Assembly (NCBI GenBank): GCA_045536565.1
Contig: JAZSNU010000022.1
Coordinates: 1 to 16,747, forward strand
Length of the DNA stretch: 16,747 nt
From: Clostridia bacterium
GTDB lineage: Bacteria; Bacillota; Clostridia; TANB77; CAG-465
Direction of reading: 5' to 3'
Under the pieces are notes generated by a model. That model saw only the letters and a program-made list of their open reading frames with translations. It was not told the origin of the DNA and ran no database searches. Positions 1-9,072 of the stretch are shown in pieces; position 1 is the stretch's first letter; the number at the start of each line of letters is the position of its first letter. The position numbers and the translations under genes were made by a program.

Positions 1-52
1 TGATGCCGAAAATACTTGAGCATAAAAGCTTCGGGAAGATAGGGGGTCGCCA
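1..52 (+). rRNA. rrf: 5S rRNA, 3' half (truncated by window start)
   Basis: GCCGAAAATACT...GGGAAGATAGG...GTCGCCA matches the loop E/helix IV-V and 3' end pattern of Bacillota 5S rRNA; followed 11 nt later by tRNA-Asn and a terminator, a common rrn end. Confidence 0.8.
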
Positions 53-63
53 ATTTTAAATAT

Positions 64-139
64 TCCTCAATAGCTCAGTCGGTAGAGCGCTCGGCTGTTA
101 ACCGATAGGTCGTTGGTTCGAGTCCAACTTGAGGAGCCA
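64..139 (+). tRNA. tRNA-Asn (GTT)
   Basis: 76-nt cloverleaf: acceptor TCCTCAA(64-70)/TTGAGGA(129-135), D arm GCTC..GAGC, anticodon loop CTGTTAA with GTT at 97-99, T loop GGTTCGAGTCC, discriminator G, encoded CCA 137-139. Confidence 0.98.
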
Positions 140-144
140 AATAT

Positions 145-178
145 ATCCAGGATTTAATCCTGGATTTTTTGCTTTTTT
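145..178 (+). terminator. Intrinsic terminator of the rRNA/tRNA operon
   Basis: Inverted repeat ATCCAGGATT(145-154)/AATCCTGGAT(156-165) followed by T-runs. Confidence 0.9.
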
Positions 179-232
179 GTTATTATTTTGGTTATAAATT
201 TTACAACAATTCTTTTCTTTTTGGATATACCG

Positions 233-241
233 TGCTATAAT
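233..241 (+). promoter_or_regulatory. Extended -10 sigma-A promoter for acyltransferase
   Basis: TGcTATAAT about 60 nt upstream of ATG 300; -35 is poor (TTTTCT). Confidence 0.55.
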
Positions 242-299
242 GTGAAAATATAGAATAAAAGGTGAATTAAATGAAATATATAAGTAGAAGAGGTAGGAA

Positions 300-1418
300 A
301 TGAATAAGAGGGAATCAAATTTTGAACTGCTTAGAATAATAGCAATGTTTTTAATAGTTATACATCATGTGTTGCTTCATGGTAATGTTATAACAAATAC
401 AACAGGTTTATTGCAGATTATATTCGAATTTATTAATTTGTTTACTAAGATACATGTTGATTGTTTTATATTAATAATGGGATATTTTCAAAGCAAATCA
501 GAATTTAAAATAAAAAAAGTATTTTCAATTTTATTTCAAGTTTGGTTTTATAATATACTGTTAAATTGTTTATTAAAAGGTTTTAGAATAGTAGAATATA
601 CAAATATTGAATTTATAAATGCAGTTAGTCCATTTAATTTAAATTCATATTGGTTTATATATTGCTACTTGATTATGTATATGTTAACTCCGTTTATAAA
701 CAAAGCAATTGAGAAATTGGATAAGATAAGTCTAAAAAAAATAATAGTATTACTTATTTGTATTTTTGGTATAGTACCATATGCTACTATGGGTCTTGCT
801 TGGACATACAATATATTTAGTGTAGAACAATTTATTTTAATATATTTTATTGGTGCGTATATTCGTAAATACGAGCTTGATAAAAAGTTATTATCAAGTA
901 TAAATAAAACACAAAAAAGAGTACTTTGTGTAGCGGTATTTTGTTCAGGATTATTAATTAATTTTACATTATATTTAGCACAAAAACAAATGATAACAAT
1001 TGATAGTAACACATTAAGGTTTATCGGAAACAACATATTAAGCTTTGTTAATAGTTATAGTAATCCTATTTTAATTGCACAATCAATAGCAATATTTATT
1101 TTGTTTAGCACATTTAGTCTTAAATCAAAAACAATTAATTATATTAGTAGTTTAACGCTTGGTGTATATTTAATGCATGATGGTTGGCCTATAAGAGGAA
1201 GCATATATAAACTACTAGGTATAGATAGAGGAGAAATGCTTTTTGGAATAAGCCAGACACTTAAAGTTATTATAGTAGCAATTATTATATTTATTACTGG
1301 ATTGATTGTAGAAGCAATTAGACAACATTTAAATAAATTAGTATGTAAGCTAAAATTTGTCCAAAAAACTAACAATAAATTGCTTAGTGCAGTAGAAAAA
1401 TTGATTGAAATAAAATAG
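300..1418 (+). CDS. Acyltransferase family 3 (OafA-like) membrane O-acyltransferase
   Basis: N-terminal RESNFELLRIIAMFLIVIHH motif, FILIMGYF, YWFIYCY..MY.LTP and LGVYLMH motifs; about 10 hydrophobic segments; SD GAGGTAGG; no SGNH domain. Confidence 0.9.
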   Translation: MNKRESNFELLRIIAMFLIVIHHVLLHGNVITNTTGLLQIIFEFINLFTKIHVDCFILIMGYFQSKSEFKIKKVFSILFQVWFYNILLNCLLKGFRIVEYTNIEFINAVSPFNLNSYWFIYCYLIMYMLTPFINKAIEKLDKISLKKIIVLLICIFGIVPYATMGLAWTYNIFSVEQFILIYFIGAYIRKYELDKKLLSSINKTQKRVLCVAVFCSGLLINFTLYLAQKQMITIDSNTLRFIGNNILSFVNSYSNPILIAQSIAIFILFSTFSLKSKTINYISSLTLGVYLMHDGWPIRGSIYKLLGIDRGEMLFGISQTLKVIIVAIIIFITGLIVEAIRQHLNKLVCKLKFVQKTNNKLLSAVEKLIEIK

Positions 1419-1473
1419 CCACAATAAATATGAATAAAAAAGCATAATATTACATAAAAAAGTGCGCTTTTTA

Positions 1474-1503
1474 TTGACAACAAAACACCTTAAATGTTAT
1501 AAT
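1474..1503 (+). promoter_or_regulatory. sigma-A promoter of the str operon
   Basis: TTGACA(1474-1479)-18 nt-TATAAT(1498-1503) with extended TG. Confidence 0.8.
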
Positions 1504-1588
1504 AATATAGCATGTTGAGGTGTTTTGTAATATTTTTGTAACATTTCAAAATGCCAAGTGATTTTATTAAATAAGGAGGTGAAGTCAA

Positions 1589-2002
1589 GTGCCAACATTT
1601 AGCCAGTTAGTTAGAAAAGGAAGAGAAGATAAAACTACTAAATCTAAATCACCAGCGTTGCAAAGAGGATACAATTCTAGAAGAAAAATAGCTACAGATG
1701 TATCTTCACCACAAAAAAGAGGTGTATGTACAGTAGTTAAAACTCAAACTCCTAAGAAACCAAACTCAGCTCTTAGAAAAGTAGCCAGAGTTAGACTTAC
1801 AAATGGAATGGAAGTTTCTGCTTATATTCCAGGTATAGGTCATAATCTGCAAGAGCACAGTGTTGTTCTTATAAGAGGAGGAAGAGTAAAAGATCTTCCA
1901 GGTGTTAGATACCATATAATCAGAGGTGTTCTAGATACAGCAGGAGTTGCTGGAAGAGTTCAATCTAAATCTAAATATGGAGCTAAAAAAGCTAAAAAAT
2001 AA
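1589..2002 (+). CDS. rpsL: 30S ribosomal protein S12
   Basis: [18 protein letters not shown] and [11 protein letters not shown] motifs; SD AAGGAGGTG; GTG start. Confidence 0.99.
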   Translation: MPTFSQLVRKGREDKTTKSKSPALQRGYNSRRKIATDVSSPQKRGVCTVVKTQTPKKPNSALRKVARVRLTNGMEVSAYIPGIGHNLQEHSVVLIRGGRVKDLPGVRYHIIRGVLDTAGVAGRVQSKSKYGAKKAKK

Positions 2003-2013
2003 TTAGCAAAAAG

Positions 2014-2577
<564 letters not shown>

Positions 2578-2604
2578 ACCAAAGAGTTTAGGAGGTAATT
2601 TAAA

Positions 2605-4689
2605 GTGGCAAATAGAGAATATCCTCTTGAGAGGACAAGAAATATTGGTATCATGGCTCACATTGATGCTGGTAAAACAACCACTACTGAAAGAATACTT
2701 TTCTATACAGGTGTAAATCACAAAATAGGAGAAACTCACGATGGTAGCGCAACAATGGACTGGATGGAGCAAGAACAAGAAAGAGGTATAACAATTACTT
2801 CAGCTGCTACAACTTGTTTCTGGAACGATAACAGAATAAACATTATCGACACACCAGGACATGTTGACTTTACAATTGAAGTTGAAAGATCTCTAAGAGT
2901 TCTAGATGGTTCTGTAACAGTACTTTGTGCAAAAGGTGGAGTTCAACCACAATCTGAAACTGTATGGAGACAAGCAAACAAATACAGTGTACCAAGAATG
3001 ATATACGTTAACAAAATGGATATCATGGGTGCAGATTTCTATAACTGTGTAAACATGTTAAGAACAAGATTAGGTGCAAATGCAGTACCTATCCAATTAC
3101 CAATAGGTAAAGAAGATACATTTAAAGGTATCATAGACCTAGTAGAAATGAAAGCTTATGTATATTATGACGAAATGGGTAAAGATATCCGTGAGGAAGA
3201 AATCCCAGAAGACATGAAAGCAGAAGCTGAAAAATATAGATCTGAATTGTTAGATCACATTGTTGAATTTGATGATGAATTAATGATGAAATACTTAGAG
3301 GGTGAAGAACTTTCAATAGATGAAATCAAAAAATGTATCAGACAATCAACAATTGAAAACAAAATGGTTCCTGTAACTTGTGGAACATCATACAAAAACA
3401 AAGGTGTTCAAAAGTTACTAGACGCTATAGTTGACTATATGCCATCACCACTTGATGTACCAGCTATTAAAGGTGTACTTGAAAATGGTGAAGAAGATGA
3501 AAGAAAATCATCTGATAGCGAACCTTTCGCAGCATTAGCATTTAAAATAGCAACAGATCCATTCGTTGGAAAATTAACTTTCTTTAGAGTATACTCTGGA
3601 ACACTAGAAAGTGGTTCATATGTATATAATGCAAATAAAGGTAAAAAAGAAAGAATCGGAAGAATTCTTCAAATGCACTCTAATGAAAGAAAAGATATTG
3701 ATAAAGTATATGCAGGAGATATCGCAGCAGCAGTAGGTCTTAAAGATGTTGCAACTGGTGATACACTATGTAACGAACAACATCCTATAATACTTGAATC
3801 AATTGAATTCCCAGATCCAGTTATTGATATAGCTATTGAGCCTAAATCAAAAGCTGATCAGGAAAAAATGGGTGTAGCTTTAGCAAAACTTGCTGAGGAA
3901 GATCCATCATTTAAAACATATACAAACCAAGAAACAGGTCAAACTGTTATTGCTGGTATGGGAGAATTACACTTAGATATCATAGTAGATAGATTAAAAC
4001 GTGAATTCCACGTTGATTGTAATGTTGGTAAACCACAAGTTGCATACAAAGAAACTATCAAAAAACCAGTTAAGGTTGAAGGTAAGTTTATACGTCAATC
4101 TGGTGGTAGAGGACAATATGGTCATGTTTGGTTAGAAGTTGAACCAAATGAAGCGGGAAAAGGATATCAATTTGAATCTAAAATCGTTGGTGGTGTTGTT
4201 CCTAAGGAATACGTTAAACCAACTGACGAAGGTGTTCAAGAAGCTATGAAGGCTGGTGTACTTGCTGGATATCCAGTTGTTGACGTTAAGGTAGCACTTG
4301 TAGATGGTTCTTACCATGATGTTGACTCATCAGAAGCAGCATTCCACATTGCTGGATCTATGGCATTTAAAGAAGCTTGCCGTCAAGGTGGAGCAGTATT
4401 ATTAGAGCCTGTAATGAAAGTTGAAATAACAGTTCCAGAAGAATACATGGGAGATGTTATTGGTGATGTTAATTCTAGACGTGGAAAGATGGAAGGTATG
4501 GATACAAACAATGGAACAACAGAAATCCATTCATTTATACCATTATCTGAAATGTTTGGATATGCAACAGACCTAAGAAGTAAAACACAAGGTAGAGGAA
4601 CATACTCTATGGAACCAAGTCATTACGAAGAAGTTCCAAAATCTGTTCTTGAAGGTATTGTTGCAACAAGAACTAAGAAAGAAGACTAA
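2605..4689 (+). CDS. fusA: Elongation factor G
   Basis: [26 protein letters not shown] motifs; 694 aa; SD AGGAGG; GTG start. Confidence 0.99.
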   Translation: MANREYPLERTRNIGIMAHIDAGKTTTTERILFYTGVNHKIGETHDGSATMDWMEQEQERGITITSAATTCFWNDNRINIIDTPGHVDFTIEVERSLRVLDGSVTVLCAKGGVQPQSETVWRQANKYSVPRMIYVNKMDIMGADFYNCVNMLRTRLGANAVPIQLPIGKEDTFKGIIDLVEMKAYVYYDEMGKDIREEEIPEDMKAEAEKYRSELLDHIVEFDDELMMKYLEGEELSIDEIKKCIRQSTIENKMVPVTCGTSYKNKGVQKLLDAIVDYMPSPLDVPAIKGVLENGEEDERKSSDSEPFAALAFKIATDPFVGKLTFFRVYSGTLESGSYVYNANKGKKERIGRILQMHSNERKDIDKVYAGDIAAAVGLKDVATGDTLCNEQHPIILESIEFPDPVIDIAIEPKSKADQEKMGVALAKLAEEDPSFKTYTNQETGQTVIAGMGELHLDIIVDRLKREFHVDCNVGKPQVAYKETIKKPVKVEGKFIRQSGGRGQYGHVWLEVEPNEAGKGYQFESKIVGGVVPKEYVKPTDEGVQEAMKAGVLAGYPVVDVKVALVDGSYHDVDSSEAAFHIAGSMAFKEACRQGGAVLLEPVMKVEITVPEEYMGDVIGDVNSRRGKMEGMDTNNGTTEIHSFIPLSEMFGYATDLRSKTQGRGTYSMEPSHYEEVPKSVLEGIVATRTKKED

Positions 4690-4737
4690 ATATTACAAAA
4701 TATTTAGGAATTAAACTATAAAATACCATATTATGTG

Positions 4738-4766
4738 TTGCAAATTATGGTATTTTATAGTAAAAT
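4738..4766 (+). promoter_or_regulatory. Internal sigma-A promoter for tuf
   Basis: TTGCAA(4738-4743)-17 nt-TAAAAT(4761-4766), overlapping a 16-bp inverted repeat. Confidence 0.65.
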
Positions 4767-4829
4767 AGTTTAAAATAATGTGAAAGCATTAATTAAAGTA
4801 TAATTTATTTATATAAGGAGGAATTTAAA

Positions 4830-6032
4830 ATGGCAAAAGCTAAGTTTGAAAGAACTAAACCACACTGTAATGTTGGAACAATCGGTCACGTTGACCATGG
4901 TAAAACAACATTAACAGCTGCTATTACAAAAGTAGCATCTTTATCAGGTGGAGCAGAATTTAAAGCATACGATCAAATCGATGGTGCTCCAGAAGAAAGA
5001 GCAAGAGGAATCACAATTTCTACAGCTCACGTTGAATACGAAACTGCAAATAGACACTATGCACACGTTGACTGTCCAGGACACGCTGACTATGTTAAAA
5101 ACATGATCACTGGTGCTGCACAAATGGACGGTGCTATCCTAGTTGTTTCTGCAGCTGATGGCCCAATGCCACAAACAAGAGAACATATATTACTTGCTAG
5201 ACAAGTTGGTGTTCCTTACATAGTTGTATTCATGAACAAAGTTGACCAAGTTGACGACGAAGAATTATTAGAATTAGTTGAAATGGATATCAGAGATTTA
5301 TTATCTAAATATGATTTCCCAGGAGATGATACTCCAATCGTTAAAGGTTCTGCATTAAAAGCATTAGAATGTGCTTCAACAGATCCAAGTGCTCCTGAAT
5401 ATGCTCCAATAATGGAATTATTAGCAGCAATTGACGAGTACATCCCAACTCCAGAAAGAGATACAGATAAACCTTTCTTAATGCCTATCGAAGATGTGTT
5501 CACTATCACAGGTAGAGGAACAGTTGTTACTGGTAGAATTGAAAGAGGAACATTAAAAGTTTCTGAAGAAGTTGAAATCGTTGGTTTAACAGACGAAACT
5601 AAGAAAACAGTTGTAACTGGTATCGAAATGTTCAGAAAAGAACTTGCAGAAGCACAATGCGGAGATAACGCTGGTGTACTTCTAAGAGGAATTCAAAGAA
5701 CAGAAGTTGAAAGAGGTCAAGTTCTTGCTAAACCAGGAACAATCCAACCTCATACTGAATTTGAAGCTGAAGTTTATATCCTAACTAAAGAAGAAGGTGG
5801 AAGACATACTCCATTCTTCCAAGGATACAGACCACAATTCTATTTCAGAACAACTGACGTTACAGGTGTTATCGAATTACCAAAAGATAAAGAAATGGTA
5901 ATGCCAGGAGATAACGTAACAATGAAAATAAAACTTATAACTCCAATAGCTATAGAAAAAGGATTAAAATTCGCTATCCGTGAAGGTGGTAGAACAGTAG
6001 GAGCAGGTTCTGTTTCTAACATAATCGCTTAA
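4830..6032 (+). CDS. tuf: Elongation factor Tu
   Basis: [44 protein letters not shown] motifs; SD AAGGAGG. Confidence 0.99.
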   Translation: MAKAKFERTKPHCNVGTIGHVDHGKTTLTAAITKVASLSGGAEFKAYDQIDGAPEERARGITISTAHVEYETANRHYAHVDCPGHADYVKNMITGAAQMDGAILVVSAADGPMPQTREHILLARQVGVPYIVVFMNKVDQVDDEELLELVEMDIRDLLSKYDFPGDDTPIVKGSALKALECASTDPSAPEYAPIMELLAAIDEYIPTPERDTDKPFLMPIEDVFTITGRGTVVTGRIERGTLKVSEEVEIVGLTDETKKTVVTGIEMFRKELAEAQCGDNAGVLLRGIQRTEVERGQVLAKPGTIQPHTEFEAEVYILTKEEGGRHTPFFQGYRPQFYFRTTDVTGVIELPKDKEMVMPGDNVTMKIKLITPIAIEKGLKFAIREGGRTVGAGSVSNIIA

Positions 6033-6055
6033 TTCTATAATTAAAGAGATATATT

Positions 6056-6086
6056 ACACACTTAGTATTAACTAAGTGTGTTTTTT
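6056..6086 (+). terminator. Intrinsic terminator of str operon
   Basis: ACACACTTAGT(6056-6066)-ATTA-ACTAAGTGTGT(6071-6081) followed by T-run. Confidence 0.92.
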
Positions 6087-6087
6087 G

Positions 6088-6116
6088 TTGACATAAACAT
6101 ATATAAATGATATAAT
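6088..6116 (+). promoter_or_regulatory. Consensus sigma-A promoter
   Basis: TTGACA-17 nt-TATAAT with extended TG. Confidence 0.85.
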
Positions 6117-6165
6117 ATCTGCATATTAAAATAAAAATCTGAGTTATAATTAAGGAGGAATATTT

Positions 6166-6576
6166 ATGAATAAAAAAGAATTTAAAAGTATATCAATAAT
6201 TTGTGTTATTGTATTGTTGCTAGGACTTGTATTAGATTATTTTTATAACCTAGATACATTTATGGGAATGCTATGTAAACTTATATCGCTTCTTGGATTT
6301 ATTGGCGTAGCAGTTACAGTGGGATTAAGTTATGCATCAGCAAAAAGTCCAATTAAAGTTGCTATTATATCATTTATAAGTTTTGTGGCTTGCATTATAT
6401 TATCGCTTTTAGCAAATATATTTTTTGATATAACAGTACTTGATGTTTATCTTGTCTTATACGGTGGAGCTAACTTAGTGGTATTAATTATGTGTGCAGT
6501 CGCTATTATAAGTGAGTATGGTAATAAACTATTTAATGGTAACACAGAGGATGATGATTTGAGTAAAATGGTTTAA
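6166..6576 (+). CDS. Hypothetical membrane protein (about 4 TM helices, acidic C-terminal tail)
   Basis: SD AAGGAGG, own promoter and terminator, four hydrophobic stretches; no family recognised. Confidence 0.85.
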   Translation: MNKKEFKSISIICVIVLLLGLVLDYFYNLDTFMGMLCKLISLLGFIGVAVTVGLSYASAKSPIKVAIISFISFVACIILSLLANIFFDITVLDVYLVLYGGANLVVLIMCAVAIISEYGNKLFNGNTEDDDLSKMV

Positions 6577-6579
6577 TTA

Positions 6580-6614
6580 AAAAATAGAGAAACAAACTTA
6601 GTTTCTCTATTTTT
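6580..6614. terminator. Bidirectional intrinsic terminator
   Basis: AAAAATAGAGAAAC(6580-6593)/GTTTCTCTATTTTT(6601-6614) between convergent genes. Confidence 0.88.
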
Positions 6615-7335
6615 CTTCATATATATAACTATCACAATAATGTTCATATTTTATATAATCTGATTTAGTTCTAAATGTCCAACCAAGAATTAGATAGCCG
6701 TTCTTTCTTGCTTTTTTTACCCTTTTAGTTTTAAGCATAGATAATGAGATTGATAAAAAATCAGGTTTGTATATAGGTATAAATATCATACTTGATATGA
6801 ATATTTTTTTAAGTATATTAGGTTTCTTTGATTTCTTAAAATCTGTTATCAAAAGACCGCGTGTAATATGTGGTGCATGTTTTTTAAACCATAAACATAT
6901 TCTGGGGTCAAAAGATTTAATTGCAAATTTACCTTTATATTTATTTAATATATCAAGTAAATATGGACAAATTATATTTGCCTTTACATCTGTTTTAATT
7001 TCTATAATTAAAGGAACAGCTTCGTCTATAAAATCAAGGGTATCTGTAAGAGTAGGTATTTTATGCTGAGTATTAAACAAACTTTGTTTTTTTATTTCTT
7101 TAAGTGTACAATCTTTTATGTTCTTATCTATATTGCAGCATCTTTTTAAATTATCATCATGGAAAACAACAATAGATTTATCCTTTAATATATGCACATC
7201 TAATTCAATAGCTGTATTTTGTTTTATTGCTTTTTCAAATGCTGCAATTGTGTTTTCGGGTATTCCTTTATCAATATTGTGCAGACCTCTATGTGCAATT
7301 TTTATATCGTTTAACCATTCTATATTTTTGTTCAC
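6607..7335 (-). CDS. Glycerophosphodiester phosphodiesterase (GDPD/GlpQ-UgpQ family), cytoplasmic
   Basis: IAHRG, PENT..AF, IELDVH, VFHD, IEIK and GWT motifs. Start is GTG 7335 (SD GGTGA) or GTG 7344. Confidence 0.93.
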   Translation of the reverse strand: MNKNIEWLNDIKIAHRGLHNIDKGIPENTIAAFEKAIKQNTAIELDVHILKDKSIVVFHDDNLKRCCNIDKNIKDCTLKEIKKQSLFNTQHKIPTLTDTLDFIDEAVPLIIEIKTDVKANIICPYLLDILNKYKGKFAIKSFDPRICLWFKKHAPHITRGLLITDFKKSKKPNILKKIFISSMIFIPIYKPDFLSISLSMLKTKRVKKARKNGYLILGWTFRTKSDYIKYEHYCDSYIYEEK

Positions 7336-7351
7336 TATTATCACCGTATAT

Positions 7352-7380
7352 ATTATATCAGAAATGTTACAAAAATAGAA
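7352..7380 (-). promoter_or_regulatory. sigma-A promoter for GDPD gene
   Basis: Minus strand TTCTAT-17 nt-TATAAT with extended TG (TGaTATAAT). Confidence 0.6.
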
Positions 7381-7416
7381 TAAATTCTAGTAAATTAATT
7401 TATTAAGTAGCGTAAA

Positions 7417-7445
7417 TTGACATAAAATAATTGGAGTGATATAAT
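7417..7445 (+). promoter_or_regulatory. Consensus sigma-A promoter
   Basis: TTGACA(7417-7422)-17 nt-TATAAT(7440-7445) with extended TG. Confidence 0.85.
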
Positions 7446-7478
7446 ATTATAGGTTAAAGTTTTGAAAGGAGTATAATT

Positions 7479-7835
7479 ATGAATTTTAAGAAGACAAAGC
7501 TTGTTTTACGGCTACTTGGTGGTGATATATTAATTTTGCTAATTGGCATTTTTTGTGTAAATATAAATCAGCAATGCTCAGAATATATAACTCAGCTAGC
7601 ATTAACGGTGCTCATATGTTTTGGGTTGCAGATAATTATACGAAAATTAGACTATGACAATAGTATTTACGATATACTTTCTAAATATGTAATATGTAGA
7701 ACGGTAGTAGATTTTTGCATTACTGAAAACATGTGGCAATTTAAATTATCATTACTTGTAGCACTTATAGAATTCATGTGGATAGCAAAATTCTATATGA
7801 TTCCAAAGAAAAACATGGATAAAATAGAGAAGTAA
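7479..7835 (+). CDS. Hypothetical membrane protein (3-4 TM helices)
   Basis: SD AAAGGAG, consensus promoter, terminator at the stop; hydrophobic segments; no family recognised. Confidence 0.8.
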   Translation: MNFKKTKLVLRLLGGDILILLIGIFCVNINQQCSEYITQLALTVLICFGLQIIIRKLDYDNSIYDILSKYVICRTVVDFCITENMWQFKLSLLVALIEFMWIAKFYMIPKKNMDKIEK

Positions 7836-7851
7836 TCTTCTCTATTTTTTT
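7821..7851. terminator. Bidirectional intrinsic terminator
   Basis: AAAATAGAGAAG(7821-7832)-TAAT-CTTCTCTATTTT(7837-7848), containing the stops of both convergent genes. Confidence 0.88.
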
Positions 7852-8372
7852 CGTATAATAAATAAAAATATTGGTTGTAATAGTGGTATAAAGAAACTTA
7901 GTATTGTGCCAACTATGGCAAATTGTTTCCATTTTTCTTTATATATTCTATATAATATACCGTAATAGAAGAAAACAAATAATATGATAGAAATAATCTC
8001 ACTAAAAGGTAGTAATGTAGTTATTAATAGGAGTGGTAAAAGATATTCTGTTTTTTCTACTTCTATACCCCATATTTTGTTTTTACCCGCTATTTTACCC
8101 ATTACAACTAAGCATCCATATGGAACAAATGATAGAAAAGCATATTTATCATCTTTATTTTTTGCCATAGTATATAATGCTACAGACTTAAGAAGCCAAA
8201 GTGTAGCAAATAATATGATAGATATAATTAATGCTATACTTGATATAGTTAAAATATTTTGAATACTATTCCAAGAGATATCTTTTAAATAATCTTGTAT
8301 TGGAATATTAAAATATTTTTGTACAAAATTAAAAATCTTTTCTAATAATTTTTCTGTTGTTAGTAGTTTCAT
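7842..8372 (-). CDS. Hypothetical membrane protein, 176 aa
   Basis: Start reassigned to ATG at 8372 (MKLLTT) behind SD AGAAAGGA. Segment ALYTMAK..AFLSFVPYG..MGKIAG loosely resembles DUF5684-type membrane proteins (unverified). Confidence 0.8.
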   Translation of the reverse strand: MKLLTTEKLLEKIFNFVQKYFNIPIQDYLKDISWNSIQNILTISSIALIISIILFATLWLLKSVALYTMAKNKDDKYAFLSFVPYGCLVVMGKIAGKNKIWGIEVEKTEYLLPLLLITTLLPFSEIISIILFVFFYYGILYRIYKEKWKQFAIVGTILSFFIPLLQPIFLFIIRKK

Positions 8373-8399
8373 GCTTTTTATCCTTTCTAAATATACTTG

Positions 8400-8429
8400 T
8401 ATTATTTGCAGGAAATAAATATTGTATAC
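8400..8429 (-). promoter_or_regulatory. Candidate forespore sigma-F/G-type promoter
   Basis: Minus strand GTATA-15 nt-GCAAATAATA, ending about 11 nt upstream of the SD. Confidence 0.45.
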
Positions 8430-8461
8430 CATGTATAAAGAAGGTATATTAAAAATATATA

Positions 8462-8490
8462 TTGAAAAAAAGAAGTTTGTATAGTAAAAT
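8462..8490 (+). promoter_or_regulatory. sigma-A promoter for fapR-plsX
   Basis: TTGAAA(8462-8467)-17 nt-TAAAAT(8485-8490). Confidence 0.7.
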
Positions 8491-8508
8491 ATACACGAGG
8501 TGGAAAAA

Positions 8509-9072
8509 ATGCCTAGAACAGATGAAGCAAGAATAATTAGAAATAAACAAATAGTAAAATATTTAGATAATAATCCATTTGCAACAGATGAGGAGTTATC
8601 AAAGTATTTTAGTGTTAGTATAAACACAATAAGATTAGATAGAGCAAGACTTGGTATAAAAGAACTTAGGGAAAGAATAAAAGATAGAGCAGAAGAGAAT
8701 ATAAAAAAGATAGTTTCTCTTTCAAAAGAAGAAATAATAGGCGATATTATTGAATTAATTCCTGGGCAGAGAGGCATATCAATGATGAAAACACAAGACT
8801 ATATGTCTTTTGAAAATACTGATGTAATAAAGGGATATCATATATATTCTATGGCAGAAAGTATTGCAATAGGAATTATACCTACAAAAGTTGCATTAGT
8901 TGGTATAGCAAATATAAAATATGTGAAGAAAATTACAAAGGGGGAAACTATATATGCTAAGGCCGAAATAAAGAAAAAAAGAGAAACTAATTATATTGTT
9001 TGGGTTCAAATATATGGTGACAACAAAGAAGTAAAATTCAAAGGCAAATTTTTATTAAAGGAGATTAAATGA
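8509..9072 (+). CDS. fapR: Fatty acid/phospholipid synthesis transcription factor FapR
   Basis: NPFATDEEL..F.VSINTIRLDR..LGI.ELRERIK HTH plus C-terminal hotdog domain; directly upstream of plsX. Start ATG 8509 behind SD GAGGTG. Confidence 0.95.
   Translation: MPRTDEARIIRNKQIVKYLDNNPFATDEELSKYFSVSINTIRLDRARLGIKELRERIKDRAEENIKKIVSLSKEEIIGDIIELIPGQRGISMMKTQDYMSFENTDVIKGYHIYSMAESIAIGIIPTKVALVGIANIKYVKKITKGETIYAKAEIKKKRETNYIVWVQIYGDNKEVKFKGKFLLKEIK

Noticed and set aside
191-207. Imperfect palindrome GTTATAAA-T-TTTACAAC as a Rex-type operator
   Set aside because: Does not fit TTGTTAA-N4-TTAACAA; expected by chance in AT-rich DNA.
130-1588. tRNA-integrated island or prophage
   Set aside because: No integrase, att duplication or phage genes; only one gene before rpsL.
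8373-8777. N-terminal 135 aa of the 311-aa minus-strand ORF
   Set aside because: Antisense to fapR and its promoter; a good SD supports ATG 8372 instead.
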